A stretch of 63,769 nucleotides of DNA, counting the filler, from Nemertoderma westbladi (Eukaryota > Animalia > Xenacoelomorpha): the NCBI GenBank assembly GCA_032718475.1. It is 3 parts of 3 records of this genome, joined end to end, with 100 filler letters (N's around TTAATTAATTAA, not from the genome) between each part and the next. Parts side by side here need not be neighbours in the genome. Positions count along the whole stretch, not along the records: positions 32,067 to 53,846 come from JAUCBJ010002895.1; positions 53,947 to 63,769 come from JAUCBJ010003551.1; 1 more part is not named here. One strand, written 5' to 3'. Every line of letters begins with the position of its first letter. The stretch's first letter is position 1. Below are positions 52,123 through 63,769 of this stretch, piece by piece. The notes under the pieces were generated by a model. That model worked only from the letters and a program-made list of their open reading frames with translations. It was not told the origin of the DNA and did no database searches. The position numbers and the translations under genes are program-made.

Positions 52123-53124
52123 GGGGCCATCCATAAATGACGTCACGTTTTTTAAAGACATTGTTGACCCCCCCCCCCCCTTTCGTCACAAATCGTCACG
52201 AAATGGCTCCCCCCCCCCCCCCCCCTCACCAATGTCACGTCACACTATATAAAATTAAATGATTACTCTTATATTATTAGAACAATAAATCTGGAATAAA
52301 TTTGTCAACTATAAACTATAGATATAAACTAATATTACAAATTACAGTAATACGAGTTTTTCAGACATGCTCCCATGGGCACTGCAGGTGGTCTGTCATG
52401 CTTATAATGGCCATTGGTGGGACATCAGCTACTGGGTATGTGTTCGCAGGGGATCGGCCTCCGCTTTGCAGGACATTGCTTTCGCCGTGAGGACCAGCCA
52501 GTGCATAATCTTGTACTTTGGCAGCCTCATGGAGTGAATAAGCATGGTGGTCAGCCCATGACTTTCTTGAGACGCATTTTAAAGGACACTGGACTTGAAG
52601 ATGCGGATGATCTAGCAAATGTCATGGGTGATAGGGAGTTGTGGCGGCGCAATTTTGTCGACAAGCCGGCACAGCATTCTTAAAAATGCAGCTGCAATGC
52701 AGCATGCCGATCCTAGTAGTAGTCGCAGGGGATTGATAATCAAAACGGGTTTTGGAACTACCGCTACCATGAAGGGATGTAAGATTTTTAGTAAAAATTT
52801 CGGATGCAAAAAGATGACATTCTTTACAAACACGCTCTCTAATTTTACCAATTATGGAAGGGCAGTAGAGGTCGTAAGGTAAGATTTTAATGGTTATCAT
52901 TGGAAGAGGTAATAGTTTAATAGTAAACACGTTAATAGTATACACGTAATAGTATACAAGTATACACGTTATGTATTTAATATATATACAGTAATTTTAT
53001 CGGAAACTTATAATGTGACGTCACGATATTGCGGACACCCCCCCTCCCCCTCGTCACAAATCGTCACGAAATACCAACCCCCCCCCCCCCCCTGTCCAGC
53101 GTGACGTCATTTATGGATGGCCCC
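52123..53124. mobile_element. PIF/Harbinger-type non-autonomous element
   Basis: Perfect TIR GGGGCCATCCATAAATGACGTCACG / CGTGACGTCATTTATGGATGGCCCC with TTA 3-bp TSD. Confidence 0.88.
52455..52722 (+). mobile_element. 5'-truncated RTE-like LINE copy nested in the Harbinger element
   Basis: Near-identical to the 3' end of the LINE at 54045-54310; (TAG)n tail; TSD TCGCAGGGGAT at 52444-52454 and 52723-52733. Confidence 0.9.
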
Positions 53125-53667
53125 TTATTGCAGGAAAGAATATTGAGATTACAGATAATATCCCATCCATCCCCCAGCGTTTATTGGGATGTTCCAACCT
53201 ACATCATCAGATTACGTGGCACCGGAGATAAAATATATAGTCGTGGAAATTAAAATAGAATATGGCTGGGGTCGTTTCGTTAACAAAATCAACACAAAAG
53301 GCTCTTAACGAATTAAAAGTGGAGGGAAAGGTAAATAATTTTACTTTGTAAGCTTTTAAATTACTTTATATTTGACTTTCAAACAATAAATGTTTTTACT
53401 ACGAAATTTTTTGAAACAACGAAACGTTTTCAAAATTAAATACCAGCCCAGTACAATATAATTTGTAGAGATTATAGGAGTAGATCAGTGTAATATAGAA
53501 CTTTATAAACCCACTGAATTCTGTTAAATGCTTTATATATATTTACTATCAGATGACGATCGGAAAAACTATGAAAAAGAGGTATATTGTTGTTGTTTCA
53601 AATAATATGGTCCAAAATAGAAAGAAAAATGTGAATAAGACATGGTGGTTCTACTGATTGATAGAAT

Positions 53668-53846
53668 TTAAACCATTTCCATAACCTTTATAGTTCCCTG
53701 ACTGTTAGCCGCAACCACAACGTTGCTGCCGGATCTCCAACAAACAGAAGAAATAAACTCCAAGCCGTCTTCATCCTTGCGTTCCCGATCTAACAAGGAC
53801 CTAACGGTGTCCAACCGGGAGGTCAGCAACTGTTTGGTGATGCCCT
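53668..53846 (-). CDS. COP1: Terminal exon fragment of E3 ubiquitin ligase COP1/RFWD2 (last WD40 strands)
   Basis: Translates to [58 protein letters not shown], matching the conserved COP1 C-terminus (EFVSAVCWR...[14 protein letters not shown]). Cut by the gap. Confidence 0.9.
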
Positions 53847-53946
53847 NNNNNNNNNNNNNNNNNNNNNNNNNNNNNNNNNNNNNNNNNNNNTTAATTAATT
53901 AANNNNNNNNNNNNNNNNNNNNNNNNNNNNNNNNNNNNNNNNNNNN
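53847..53946. other. Artificial scaffold spacer
   Basis: 44 N + TTAATTAATTAA + 44 N. Confidence 0.97.
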
Positions 53947-54044
53947 TAGTAGTAGTAGTAACTGACCAATAAACGTTTACTGCCACTGCACTGTTATCTC
54001 ATATAGTTATTGGATACATAATTACTCCCTAGATTTTACTGGGC

Positions 54045-56550
54045 TACTACTACTACTAGGATCGGCATGCTGCATTGCAGCTGCATTTTTAAGAATGCTG
54101 TGCCGGCTTGTCAACAAAATTGAACCGCCACAACTCCCTATCACCCATGACATTTGCTAGATCATCCACATCTTTAAGGCCAGTGTCCTTTAAGATGCGT
54201 CTCAAGAAAGTCATGGGCTGTCCACCATGCTTATTCACTCCATGAGGCTGCCAAAGTACAAGATTATGCACTGGCTGGTCCTCACGGCGAAAGCAATGTC
54301 CTGCAAAGCGGAGGCGATTTTGTTCTAGTGTCAAGCTTGGGGGAACCAATGAGACACCTCCAATGTTATATAGTGTCTGGTTGGAGATGTGTGCGTTGTA
54401 CTTGATACAATGAACCCGGCGTAGCATTCTTGTGAATGTGCCATCCAGAGATTTGGTGTTCTCAGCAGTTAGAGCCCAGCATGGACTCCCGTAGAGGAGT
54501 ACTGGAACTACTGCTGCTCTAAATAATCGGACCTTAAGTTTCCGATTAATTCTCGGTGACTTCCAAATCCTGGAAAGCCTATTCAAGGCTGCCCATGCCT
54601 TTCCCTTACGTATTCGAAGGTCCTCACCTGACTTCCGGATCCATGATCCCAGGTAACAGAAGTCGTCCACATGCTCAAGCATACCATCCTTTGAGCTTAT
54701 GCTCATCCGATCAGAGACTTGCTGAGGACTTTCAAAGTTAATTAACTGTCAGAATTTTGGTCTTTCTGGAGTTAATAAAAAGACCAAAACTAGAAGCAGC
54801 ATGTTCTAATGAGCTGAGGAGCCGTTGGGCTCCCTCTAATGATCCTGAGAGTACTCCTAAGTCATCAGCAAAGTCTAGATCAGTTAGGTACTTGGCAGGA
54901 TTTCCTCGACTTCTGGAGCCAGTAGGTGGAGTTATCATTACCCCATTATCATTATAATGATCTAAGGACATGCGTAGAAAATAGTCAACCACAATAATGA
55001 ACAAGAATGGTGCAAGTGTGTCTCCTTGGAGGACGCCCCATAACACTTCAAATGGTTCTGTGTCACTGTCAACAGTAGACACAAATGTTGTCGAACCATC
55101 GTATACTGATCTGATTGCTGCAACAATTTCATCAGGAATCCCATATAATGAAAGTATGCTGAACATACATGAGCGAGAGACTGAATCAAAGGCCTTGAAG
55201 AAGTCAACAAAGATAACAGCCAGATGCCTGTCTTTCTTTTTTGATAACTCTTCAATTATCCTTCTAAGTGCCAAAATGGGCTCCATGGTCCCACGACCTT
55301 TACGGAACCCATTCTGATTTCCACGGAGCAGTCTCTCAATGGGATCCCTGATGCGATTTAATAGAATCCTATTGTATAGCTTTGCAGCAATCGAGATAAA
55401 TGAGATTCCCCGAAAAGAACCATAGAGTGTTAGGTTACCCTTCTTGGGAACTGGCACCAACTTATTTGTTTTCATTTCTTGTGGGACTCTTGTTGTTCGG
55501 TACATGTCTACTATGATGGGATAGATGAGCTTTAAACACTCAGGTATTTTAAAGACCTCAGGGGGAACACCATCTACTCCACTGGCACGATTGGTCTTAA
55601 TGCTCTTTGCAGCAGCCTTCACTTCTGCAAAGGAGATATCGCCAATGGGAATATCTGGGAGTACAGACTCAGACACTTTTACTTCTATAAAGTTATCAGG
55701 CAATACCCTGTCATTATTGAGGAGCTTTTCAAAGTGGGCTTTCCAACCATTGAGGCGATCGGCTGGTGATTCAGCCTTAACCTTGGTGGTTGGTTGGCTT
55801 TTCCGCCCAGTAAGCAGATTGATTGATTTCCATGCCTGGGATGATTGCCTGCTGTCGTCAGCATCATTGATGGCATCAACCTGTTGGTTTATTAGCTCCT
55901 GTAGATTAACAGAGTACTGCCTGTTCAGGGACCTAGATGCAGCCTTAACTGCATTCTTGGCCGCTGTAGTCTGTTTGAGTCGGGACTCTTTCTGCGCCTT
56001 ATGAAGGTCATTTCGGCACTTCTGAATTTTGTTGTCAGTCCAGGGGGCCCTTTTCCTGTTTCGAGGGTATACAGGAACTGTTTCTGCAGCTGCTAACTTA
56101 ACTGCTTCTGTAAAGGCAGTATAGCCCTCACAGTGATCTGCCGCCTCAGAGGCAAGAGCCTCATACCTGTTGCTCAGCTGTAGTGTGAAGCTGGATCTCA
56201 CACTTGGCTGTTGCAACAGAGAGGACCAGTCATGCCGCGGCAAGGCAGATTTCGTTGTTCTGCTAGCACGCAGACTAAGTCTTACCTTGGCCACAATAAG
56301 GCGGTGATCACTGGAGAAGGGTCGAAGTGTAAATGCATTACAGTCTTGTATAGAGCTCCTGTATTTCCTACGAAACAGAATATGGTCTATCTGGGACTTG
56401 TGACCACTGGGTCCACTATGAGTCCATAGCTTTCCAGTTCGCTTCTTGAACTGGGTTCCAGCCGAAAACAATCCATTTCCAGAGATAAAATCCTGAAGAT
56501 GGACAGAATTTCGGTTAACACTATTGCTATAGACCCAGGGCGATGTAGGT
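54045..56550 (-). mobile_element. 5'-truncated RTE-like non-LTR retrotransposon (APE C-terminus + RT), one frameshift
   Basis: SQIDHIL/SDHRLI endonuclease end; QNGFR, DFFKAFDSV, GVLQGD and FADD RT motifs; (TAG)n tail; 13-bp TSD GATTTTACTGGGC at 54032-54044 and 56551-56563; frameshift at ~54738. Confidence 0.92.
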
Positions 56551-57769
56551 GATTTTACTGGGCAGGGTTAATTGCAATAAGAAAGAATGAGGTATTAAGC
56601 AGGAGAAGCTCCCTTATTGGGTGGTGGTTTCTCAGAAGGAATGTTGGTAATATTGCAATGTGGTTGACTTAGAGGGGTTTTTAGGTGATTGATAGGTGAC
56701 CAGTTTCGGAAGGCCGTGGTATATTGGGTGTAGATGGCAAGGGGATATTGAGGTGAGGGAAGGGGGAAGGGAATAATTATATTGTAATTATGGCATTCTA
56801 AAATAAAATCACGAGGAAGCGTATTTTTTGTGGTTTTGCCTGGAAGGGGTAATAAATCGATTACGCTCCCCCCATGGAAAATTTTGGAAAAAATTTGTCA
56901 TAAAAAAGAAAATATTTTGAGCCAAGATTTTGAAAAATCGATTTTGTCCTAAAAAAATTAATTGCACTGCGTGAGCGCCTGGTGTTTGCTAAAATCTGAC
57001 CAAAAAAAAAGTGGTTTCTGTTTAATGTTATTTTAAATACACAGCACAAATAATGATGATTCTCTCCCAGAGGTAATTCATAAATCAATATTAAAATTAA
57101 ATTTCCTTCACCACACAAACGAGACAAATCTTGTTACTGCCTAGTTCCACAAAGGGAACTATAGAAGCAATCAATTATATATGGTCCTAAATATTATGAC
57201 TCGGCCTTGAGTTCAATGGGGTCAGCATAGAGTTCATAAGTCATAGTCGATTTATGACTCATTATCGAGTTTGTATTGTGCAGAATGAGTTCAGAAGCGT
57301 CAAGTTGGGGCTGATCTTCTACTCCAATCATTATATAACGAGTTTGAGAGAGATGAAGCGGTAGACATTTACCAGTGTTATTCCGAATCCGAATCGGTTG
57401 CTGCAAGTTCTTTAATAATGATAATGAGTTTGATTTCCTTCGATAGAGTTTTTTCTCTAGAGTTCATCGAGGACGTCGTATTGGTCATCGGCTGTCGTTC
57501 GCTTGAGGGAATCCTATTGACTCCCCCCTTTGTCCACTCCCTTCCTCGTTCCGAGCGTAACAAGACCCAAGCATATCGTTTGTTAGTTCCCGCTTTCTCT
57601 AACCTCCCTTTCAACTTCAAGTCGTAACTAGCGAGGTACTCGAGCTCCTTGTATCGGATTATCTGTTCCATGATGGTTAACTCGGCCCAACACTCCCAGT
57701 TCTTGGTAGCAATAGCCTTGGAGTGGTGACCACGCATCATGCAGAACTCGCACTGCGTAAACATGTCAG

Positions 57770-58560
57770 GCAGCAGATGGTGCTGCATGTTGCTGCACGC
57801 TTTGCCCAATAACGGCAGTATGCCACAGCCAAACATTGCCATGACAACCGGATCCCCTTGAGTCACAATCTTCTCTAATAAGGGCATTTCTCCACAAACG
57901 AATAGACGGCCCGGATGAGTGTAACAGTTTGCTACTCTATTATATAGAGCGGGGCATTCAGTAGCTTGATGATTGAGAGTATTAAACACGTTGGTGCATC
58001 AATTTAGAGGACTGCATTGTATTTTTCGCTCTCTAAAGCATCGTTGAGGATTTGTATCGCAAACTCAATCCCAGCTTTATGTCCGAGGCAAAGTTGTATG
58101 TACCCCCTGACACACTGAAGATCCTGTCGAACACAATGTATTATCAACTTTCTGATGACATACCATAAAACCTTGCCAATCCCTACCTGTTGAACCCCAG
58201 GCGATTAGTCCAGTGCTAATGGCTGACAACAGTAATGATAAGACTTCTGGAGGAAGGATATCCTATGCCATTAGCTTCGATAATCCGGCAATCCTTTCAC
58301 CCAATTCCATTGATTGAACTCTAAATTTGGACATAAGGTGCTTTCAACCCCGGATGTCCAGTCCTGACAGCCCAGCAGCATTTCCCTTCATTTTCAATAG
58401 GCTCGAGTGAATAACCTGTTCAAACACCACCCCATAATGCTGTGGTGCTCCATCGTATTTGTCGAGTAGAATAGACTCATCAGCGTGCTTTGCTGCTGGG
58501 TGTTTAGCTCTGAGCTTATCACAGACAGTCTTCATACACCCGTCCTTATTGATAAACATA
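57770..58560 (-). pseudogene. Decayed CRE-like (RLE-type) non-LTR reverse transcriptase fragment
   Basis: Broken frames give LRAKHP, GNAAGLSGLD, QLCLG..AGIEFAI, FNTLN and TQGDPVVMAMF. Confidence 0.6.
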
Positions 58561-58919
58561 TCCTCCAGCCGCAGAGGAGAACCGCAATTTCGCAAACTGA
58601 GGCACCTCGGAGCAGCTGACACACTCCCAGTCAGCATATGTCGAGTGAATCTCTTCTGAATTTCTGCATTGTCTGAAAGACCGTGAGGACATTTAGGAAG
58701 ATGAGATTGAATAGCACACACCTCCTCCAGTAAATTTTGTAACTCGACATTCTTCCAAGAATCCAGACGTCGCAGTGGTGGAAGTGCGGCTTGGTTTTTG
58801 GAACAGAAGAATTATCGCCATTAGTGCGATGTATCAATATGATGTATGTTAGTGTGGGGAAATTATAAATCTTGAAAGGATTTCCAGATTTAAAAATATA
58901 TTCTGTAAAAAAGATATCA

Positions 58920-59062
58920 GGGGGAAATTGTCTGCGGGGCAATTTCCTAGAGTGGCAATTGCCTATGTCTATTGGGGAATTGTCCATGGGGTACAATTGT
59001 ATAGGGGCAATTGTCCATGGGGTAAAATTGTATGGGGGCAATTGTCCGAGGGGCAATTGTCC
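58920..59062. repeat. ~20-bp GGGGCAATTGTCC repeat (7-8 copies)
   Basis: Direct inspection; probably a transposon subterminal array. Confidence 0.75.
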
Positions 59063-59165
59063 TAGCTCCCATTCTCATAGCATTATCATATCATTATCAT
59101 AGCATTTTGTTCATTATTTTCCCATTATTATACAAAATTTATACAACATTATAATTATATTTCAG

Positions 59166-60317
59166 AAAGTGGATCAACTTAATGGGGGAATGGAGGAATT
59201 CAAAAATAAATCGATACAGAAGAATAATGAGTTGGTCGAAATACTAACAGGCAGGATTGTCAAACTAGAAGACAATTTAAACCGCTACACTAACGAAATT
59301 GAAGACAGATTAATGTTGAACACTAAAGAATTGGAAGACAAATTAACGACCGACACTAAAGAATTGGAAGATAAATTAACGACGAACACTAAAGAATTGG
59401 AAGACAAATTAATGACTGACAAAAAAGAATTGGAAGACAAATTAACGACTGACACAAAAGAATTGGAAGACAAATTAATGACAAACACTAAAGAATTGGA
59501 AAACAAATTAACGACCGACAATAAAGAATTGGAAAACAAATTAACAACCGACAATAAAGAATTGGAAAACAATTTAGCGACTGACAATAAAGAATTGGAA
59601 AATAAATTAACAACCAACAATAAAGAATTGGAAAACAAATTAACGACCAACAATAAAGAATTGGAAAACAAATTAACTGAAAAAATTGACGAAGTGTTGA
59701 TGCAACAACTTACTCCTATAGTAAGGCACAAAAACGGATTAAATGGTTTTATTAGATATGACAATAGATACCCTGGAGGGCCATGGATAGTTATACAAAG
59801 GCGGGTAGATGGATCCCAGGATTTCAACCAAGGTTGGGATAAATATGTGGCAGGTTTCGGAGATCTTGAGAAGAATTTCTGGCTCGGTCTCGAAAATATC
59901 CACCAATTGAGCGAAGGTGGTGTGGTACTGAGGGTGGATCTTCAATACCATGGCCAAGGCCATTATGCAGAGTACCAGAATTTTAGTACTGGGGGTTCAA
60001 ACAATAATTACGCTCTACATATATCCCAGTTTAACAACAACAGCACTGCTAGTGACTCAATACTTATAAAGGGTTATGATGGGCGTCTCTATCTCGATGG
60101 ATCCCCTTTCTCTACATCCGACAGAGATAATGACGATAGGGCCAACGGGAACTGCGCAGCCAAATGCAAAGGTGGTTGGTGGTTTCGGTCCTGCTCCGAA
60201 TCCAACCTAAATGGAGTCTATGGGGGTGGGTCTCCGGAGGGACCTTATTGGTACATATTCACCGACCCTTACAAATACACCCCAATAGATAAAATAGAAA
60301 TGAAGATAAGGCGTTAA
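59166..60317 (+). CDS. Terminal exon of a fibrinogen-related (FReD/angiopoietin-like) protein with a coiled-coil repeat
   Basis: TTTCAG acceptor; 11 x (N/D)xKELE(D/N)KLTT; then WIVIQRRVDGSQDF, WDKYVAGFG, FWLGLENIH, FSTSDRDND, GGWWF..C..SNLNG and EMKIR. Confidence 0.88.
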   Translation, partial: KVDQLNGGMEEFKNKSIQKNNELVEILTGRIVKLEDNLNRYTNEIEDRLMLNTKELEDKLTTDTKELEDKLTTNTKELEDKLMTDKKELEDKLTTDTKELEDKLMTNTKELENKLTTDNKELENKLTTDNKELENNLATDNKELENKLTTNNKELENKLTTNNKELENKLTEKIDEVLMQQLTPIVRHKNGLNGFIRYDNRYPGGPWIVIQRRVDGSQDFNQGWDKYVAGFGDLEKNFWLGLENIHQLSEGGVVLRVDLQYHGQGHYAEYQNFSTGGSNNNYALHISQFNNNSTASDSILIKGYDGRLYLDGSPFSTSDRDNDDRANGNCAAKCKGGWWFRSCSESNLNGVYGGGSPEGPYWYIFTDPYKYTPIDKIEMKIRR

Positions 60318-60380
60318 TGAATCTGCAATGGTTAACTACTAACTATATTATTCAGTTGTTCAGTATCTTTATTATTATAA

Positions 60381-61715
60381 CTAGAACTTTCTAGTTACTA
60401 GTTTCTAGTTTCTAGACTTTCTAGTTAGACCGCAAGCTGGCACAAAGTGAGAAATTAAGTGTTATCAATGGATTAAAAGTCATATGAACTGAACTGCCTT
60501 TGGAAATTTCTGCTTAATGAGTTTCCCCAGTGACAATAATAATAAGATATTATAATTCTTTATAATAACCAAATTTAATTGATTACCAAATCATTCTGAA
60601 CAAAATAATTAATTTCAACCAATAAAAGTTGTAAACTACACAATTATGCAATGGAATATCAAATAAGACAAGTGATTCCAGATGAGATCCGGCCAAAAAA
60701 TCGACATGGCTCAAATTTTTTTCAATTACGATTCTTCCATTCCATGCTCGGATTACACGCGACCAACCCCCTTGTGCGGCAGACTCTAAAGATAGCACTG
60801 TTGCATTGCAATTGCAACCCTATCCGCTGTCCGGCGAGTTGCCCGTTCCACGGCAGATTCTAAAGATCGCACTGTTGCAGTTGCAACCCTATTCGCTGCC
60901 TGGCGAGTTGCCCATTCCGCGGCAGATTCAGAAGATCGCGCTGTTGCAGTTGCAGTTCAATCCGTAGCCAGGCGAATTTCCCAATCGACATCATTTTCCA
61001 ATGCTCTTGTTATCGCCACCCTGGAAGAATCTCGGTTCTTCTTTCTATGTGTCAGTCTGGCTCTCTTTTTCGGAGGCATTATCTGATTATAACAGTAGGC
61101 GCCGTACCAGTAGTCGCAGAGTCGTACCGTCAGCCGGTATTATAATACACTAACACTAGTAGTGTAGTACAGTTCAGTCAGATCAGTTACCCTACTGCCC
61201 TAATCGTAATACTGTAATACCGGTACTGGTGGACCGTGACGAGTCTGATAAGTGCTGAAGTGCAGCAATGCATGTCCGATGCGATACGAACAAAAAGCCT
61301 ACCGCGCTACCGTCTGACAGTCTGACCGGGGAACCCAAAAAATAAAATTACCGTTCCATTACCACAGTACAGCAGTACTGCAGCACTGGCCACCGGTACA
61401 GCAACAACAACAGCATTTAGGCATAGGCCTAATTCTGTAATATGCATTACCGGTCCCATCTGCCTAGGTACAAACGCAGATCAGCTGGAATAATGGTTTT
61501 ACATTTTATGGGTAGCAGCTAACACTGATTTGCGGGATAAAACGGCGTTAAAACGAAAATAACGCCTGTAACTTTCTAGAAAATGTCGTGTTGCAACCTC
61601 CAAAGTCAGGCCGGTTCCGAATCTGTCACAATCGCGATAAATGGTAGAGATGAGGCGAAACGTATAAGCGAACAGACAGACAGACAGACAGACTGAGGAG
61701 ATTTATATATATAGA
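60381..61715 (-). mobile_element. Non-autonomous Helitron-like element
   Basis: On the minus strand it begins TCTATATATATAAAT followed by (CTGT)n and ends in clustered CTAG followed by T. Internal ~60-bp repeats at 60770-60990. Confidence 0.65.
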
Positions 61716-63570
61716 CTAGAAAGCCTGTGGCCCTTCGGGCCACAGCTTTCTAGTGCACGTGCAGATGATATATGAATATGTGTGGGAGATTTGAGAACTG
61801 CATACGGAACAGACACCATCATTAAATAAAACACCACCCCCATAAGAGATAACTGTCAAGTTTCAACTTTAGGCAGATTGTAAATAACAAAATTTCTAGA
61901 AAATGATCACTTTCAGATCCACCCTCTACCTGCGGACTGGTGAAATGCAGACGGCTCTGCAGTTTGGTAAAGATGGGGTTTATGGTGAAGTAAAATGCCT
62001 GCCTTTCAAGTTTCAGCTTAAACAGATTGTAAATTACAAAATTGGTGTAGATGTTCATATTCAAACATTTCACCCTCTAGCGGTAGACTGAAGAACTGTA
62101 GACGACTCTAGGACTCCGTAAAGATACAGAATATGCTGTAGTAGATTCCTGCCAAGTTCCAGCTCAATAGGATTAAAAAGAACCAAATGGGATGAGGTGT
62201 TCACTATCAGATATTTCGCCCTCTAGCGTCAAATGGGGGGACTGTATACAACTCTGCGAATCCGTAAAGGTACAGCCTATGTTGTAGTAGATGCCTACCA
62301 AGTTTCAGTCTAAACCGTTAGTAAATAACAAAGTTGGAGAAGATGTTAACTTTCAGACATTTCACCCTCTAGCGGTAGACTGGGGAAGTGTATAGGACTC
62401 TGCAACTCCGTAAAGATACAGCCTATGATGTAGTAGATACCTGCCAAGTTTCAGCTCAAAATGATTAAAAAGAACCAAATGGGATGAGGTTTTCACTATC
62501 AGACAATTCCCCCTCTAGCGGCTGACTGTAGAACTGTAGACGACTCTACTACTCCACAAAGATATAGCCTATGCTATAGTAGATGTCTACCAAGTTTCAG
62601 TCTAAAAGGATTGTAAATAACAAAGTTGGAGGAGATGTTAACTTTCATACATTTCGCCCTCTAGCGGCAGACGCTGGTAATGTAGACAACTCTGCGCGAC
62701 TCAGTAAAGATATAGCCTATGCTGTAGTAGATGCCTACCAAGTTCAGTCTAAATGGATTATAAATAACAAAGTTGGAGAAGATGGTAACTTTCAGACATT
62801 TCACCCTCTAGCGGTAGACTGGGGAAGTGTATAGGACTCTGCAACTCCGTAAAGATAGAGCCTAGGATGTAGTAGATACCTGCCAAGTTTCAGCTCAAAA
62901 GGATTAAAAAGAACCAAATGGGATGAGGTTTTCACTATCAGACAATTCGCCCTCTTGCGGCTGACTGTAGAACTGTAGACGACTCTACTACTCCGCAAAG
63001 ATATAGCCTATGCTATAGTAGATGCCTACCAAGTTTCAGTCTAAAAGGTTTGTAAATAACAAAGTTGGAGAAGATGTTAACTTTCATACATTTCGCCCTC
63101 TAGCGGCAGACGCGGGTACTGTAGACAACTCTGCGCGACTCAGTAAAGATATAGCCTATGCTGTAGTAGATGCCTACCAAGTTCAGTCTAAATGGATTAT
63201 AAATAACAAAGTTGGAGAAGATGTTAACTTCCAGACATTTCGCCCTCTAGCGGTAGACTGGGAAATTGTAGACGACTCTGCGACTCAGTAAAGATTCAGC
63301 CTATGCTGTAGTAGATGCCTACCAAGTTTCAGTCAAAACGGATTGTAAATAATAAAGTTGGAGAAGATGTTAACTCTCAGACATTTAGCCCTCTAACGGT
63401 AGACTGGGGAACTGTAGACAACCCAGTGACTCCGGAAATATACAGCCTATGCTGCAGTATATAGCTACCACGTTTCAGCTCAAAAGCATTAAAAACAACC
63501 CTATAAGATCAGGTTTTCACTATCGGATAATTCGCCCTCTAGCGGCAGACGGTGGAACTTCAGACGGCTC
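61716..63570 (-). mobile_element. Helitron-like element with 3' hairpin-CTAG and a ~146-bp tandem array
   Basis: Palindrome CTAGAAAGCCTGTGGCCCTTCGGGCCACAGCTTTCTAG (61716-61753); 12 monomers with CCCTCTAGCGG or variants at 146-151-bp spacing (61922-63535), including a 439-bp higher-order trimer. 5' end not identified. Confidence 0.65.
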
Positions 63571-63769
63571 TGAGTATAACGTTGCAGCGAGTTAGGGCGA
63601 GACCTATCTAACGAGCTATAGTAAGTGAGATTTCATCGAGATTAGATGTATAATATTAGATAAAATAATAATACAGTAAGTATAGGCCTACAGAAATAAT
63701 TATTTTACTTTTAATATTCATAACAGTAAAACAAAAATGTTATAAACCTCTCCTTCCATGCAGCCAATG

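Noticed and set aside
56565-56770. Possible Penelope GIY-YIG remnant next to the LINE
   Set aside because: Only a vague resemblance, with stops; cannot be supported without a search.
61900-63570. CRISPR-like or integron-like array (conserved word plus variable spacers)
   Set aside because: The 'spacers' are homologous to each other and form higher-order repeats; the context is eukaryotic with no cas or integrase gene.

Overview
AT-rich, intron-rich animal (invertebrate-type) genomic DNA made of three contigs joined by two artificial 100-nt spacers (N44-TTAATTAATTAA-N44). The left third is one minus-strand gene. I could splice it by hand through 23 GT-AG coding exons with consistent phases (about 4,350 coding nt, no internal stop, running off the left edge). 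It encodes an N-terminal PKA-RIIa-type dimerization/docking (AKAP-binding) domain followed by at least four contiguous creatine kinase domains; the known flagellar CK has three and is usually myristoyl-anchored. Its introns carry RFX X-box-like motifs and several minisatellites that abut splice sites. The other genes are an SLC18B1-like MFS transporter (5' end in a gap), two exons of an unidentified gene, an intronless two-Ig-domain receptor with a VNTR-amplified PPxY/tyrosine-motif tail, the last exon of COP1 (missed by the ORF track), and a fibrinogen-domain protein with an 11-residue coiled-coil repeat. The mobile elements are an intact, very young Gypsy-like LTR retrotransposon with CG...CG termini (Troyka-like), RTE-like LINE copies with TSDs, a decayed CRE-like fragment, MITEs, a tRNA-derived SINE, and Helitron/Helentron-like elements carrying ~147-bp arrays in which each monomer has a CTCF-like motif.
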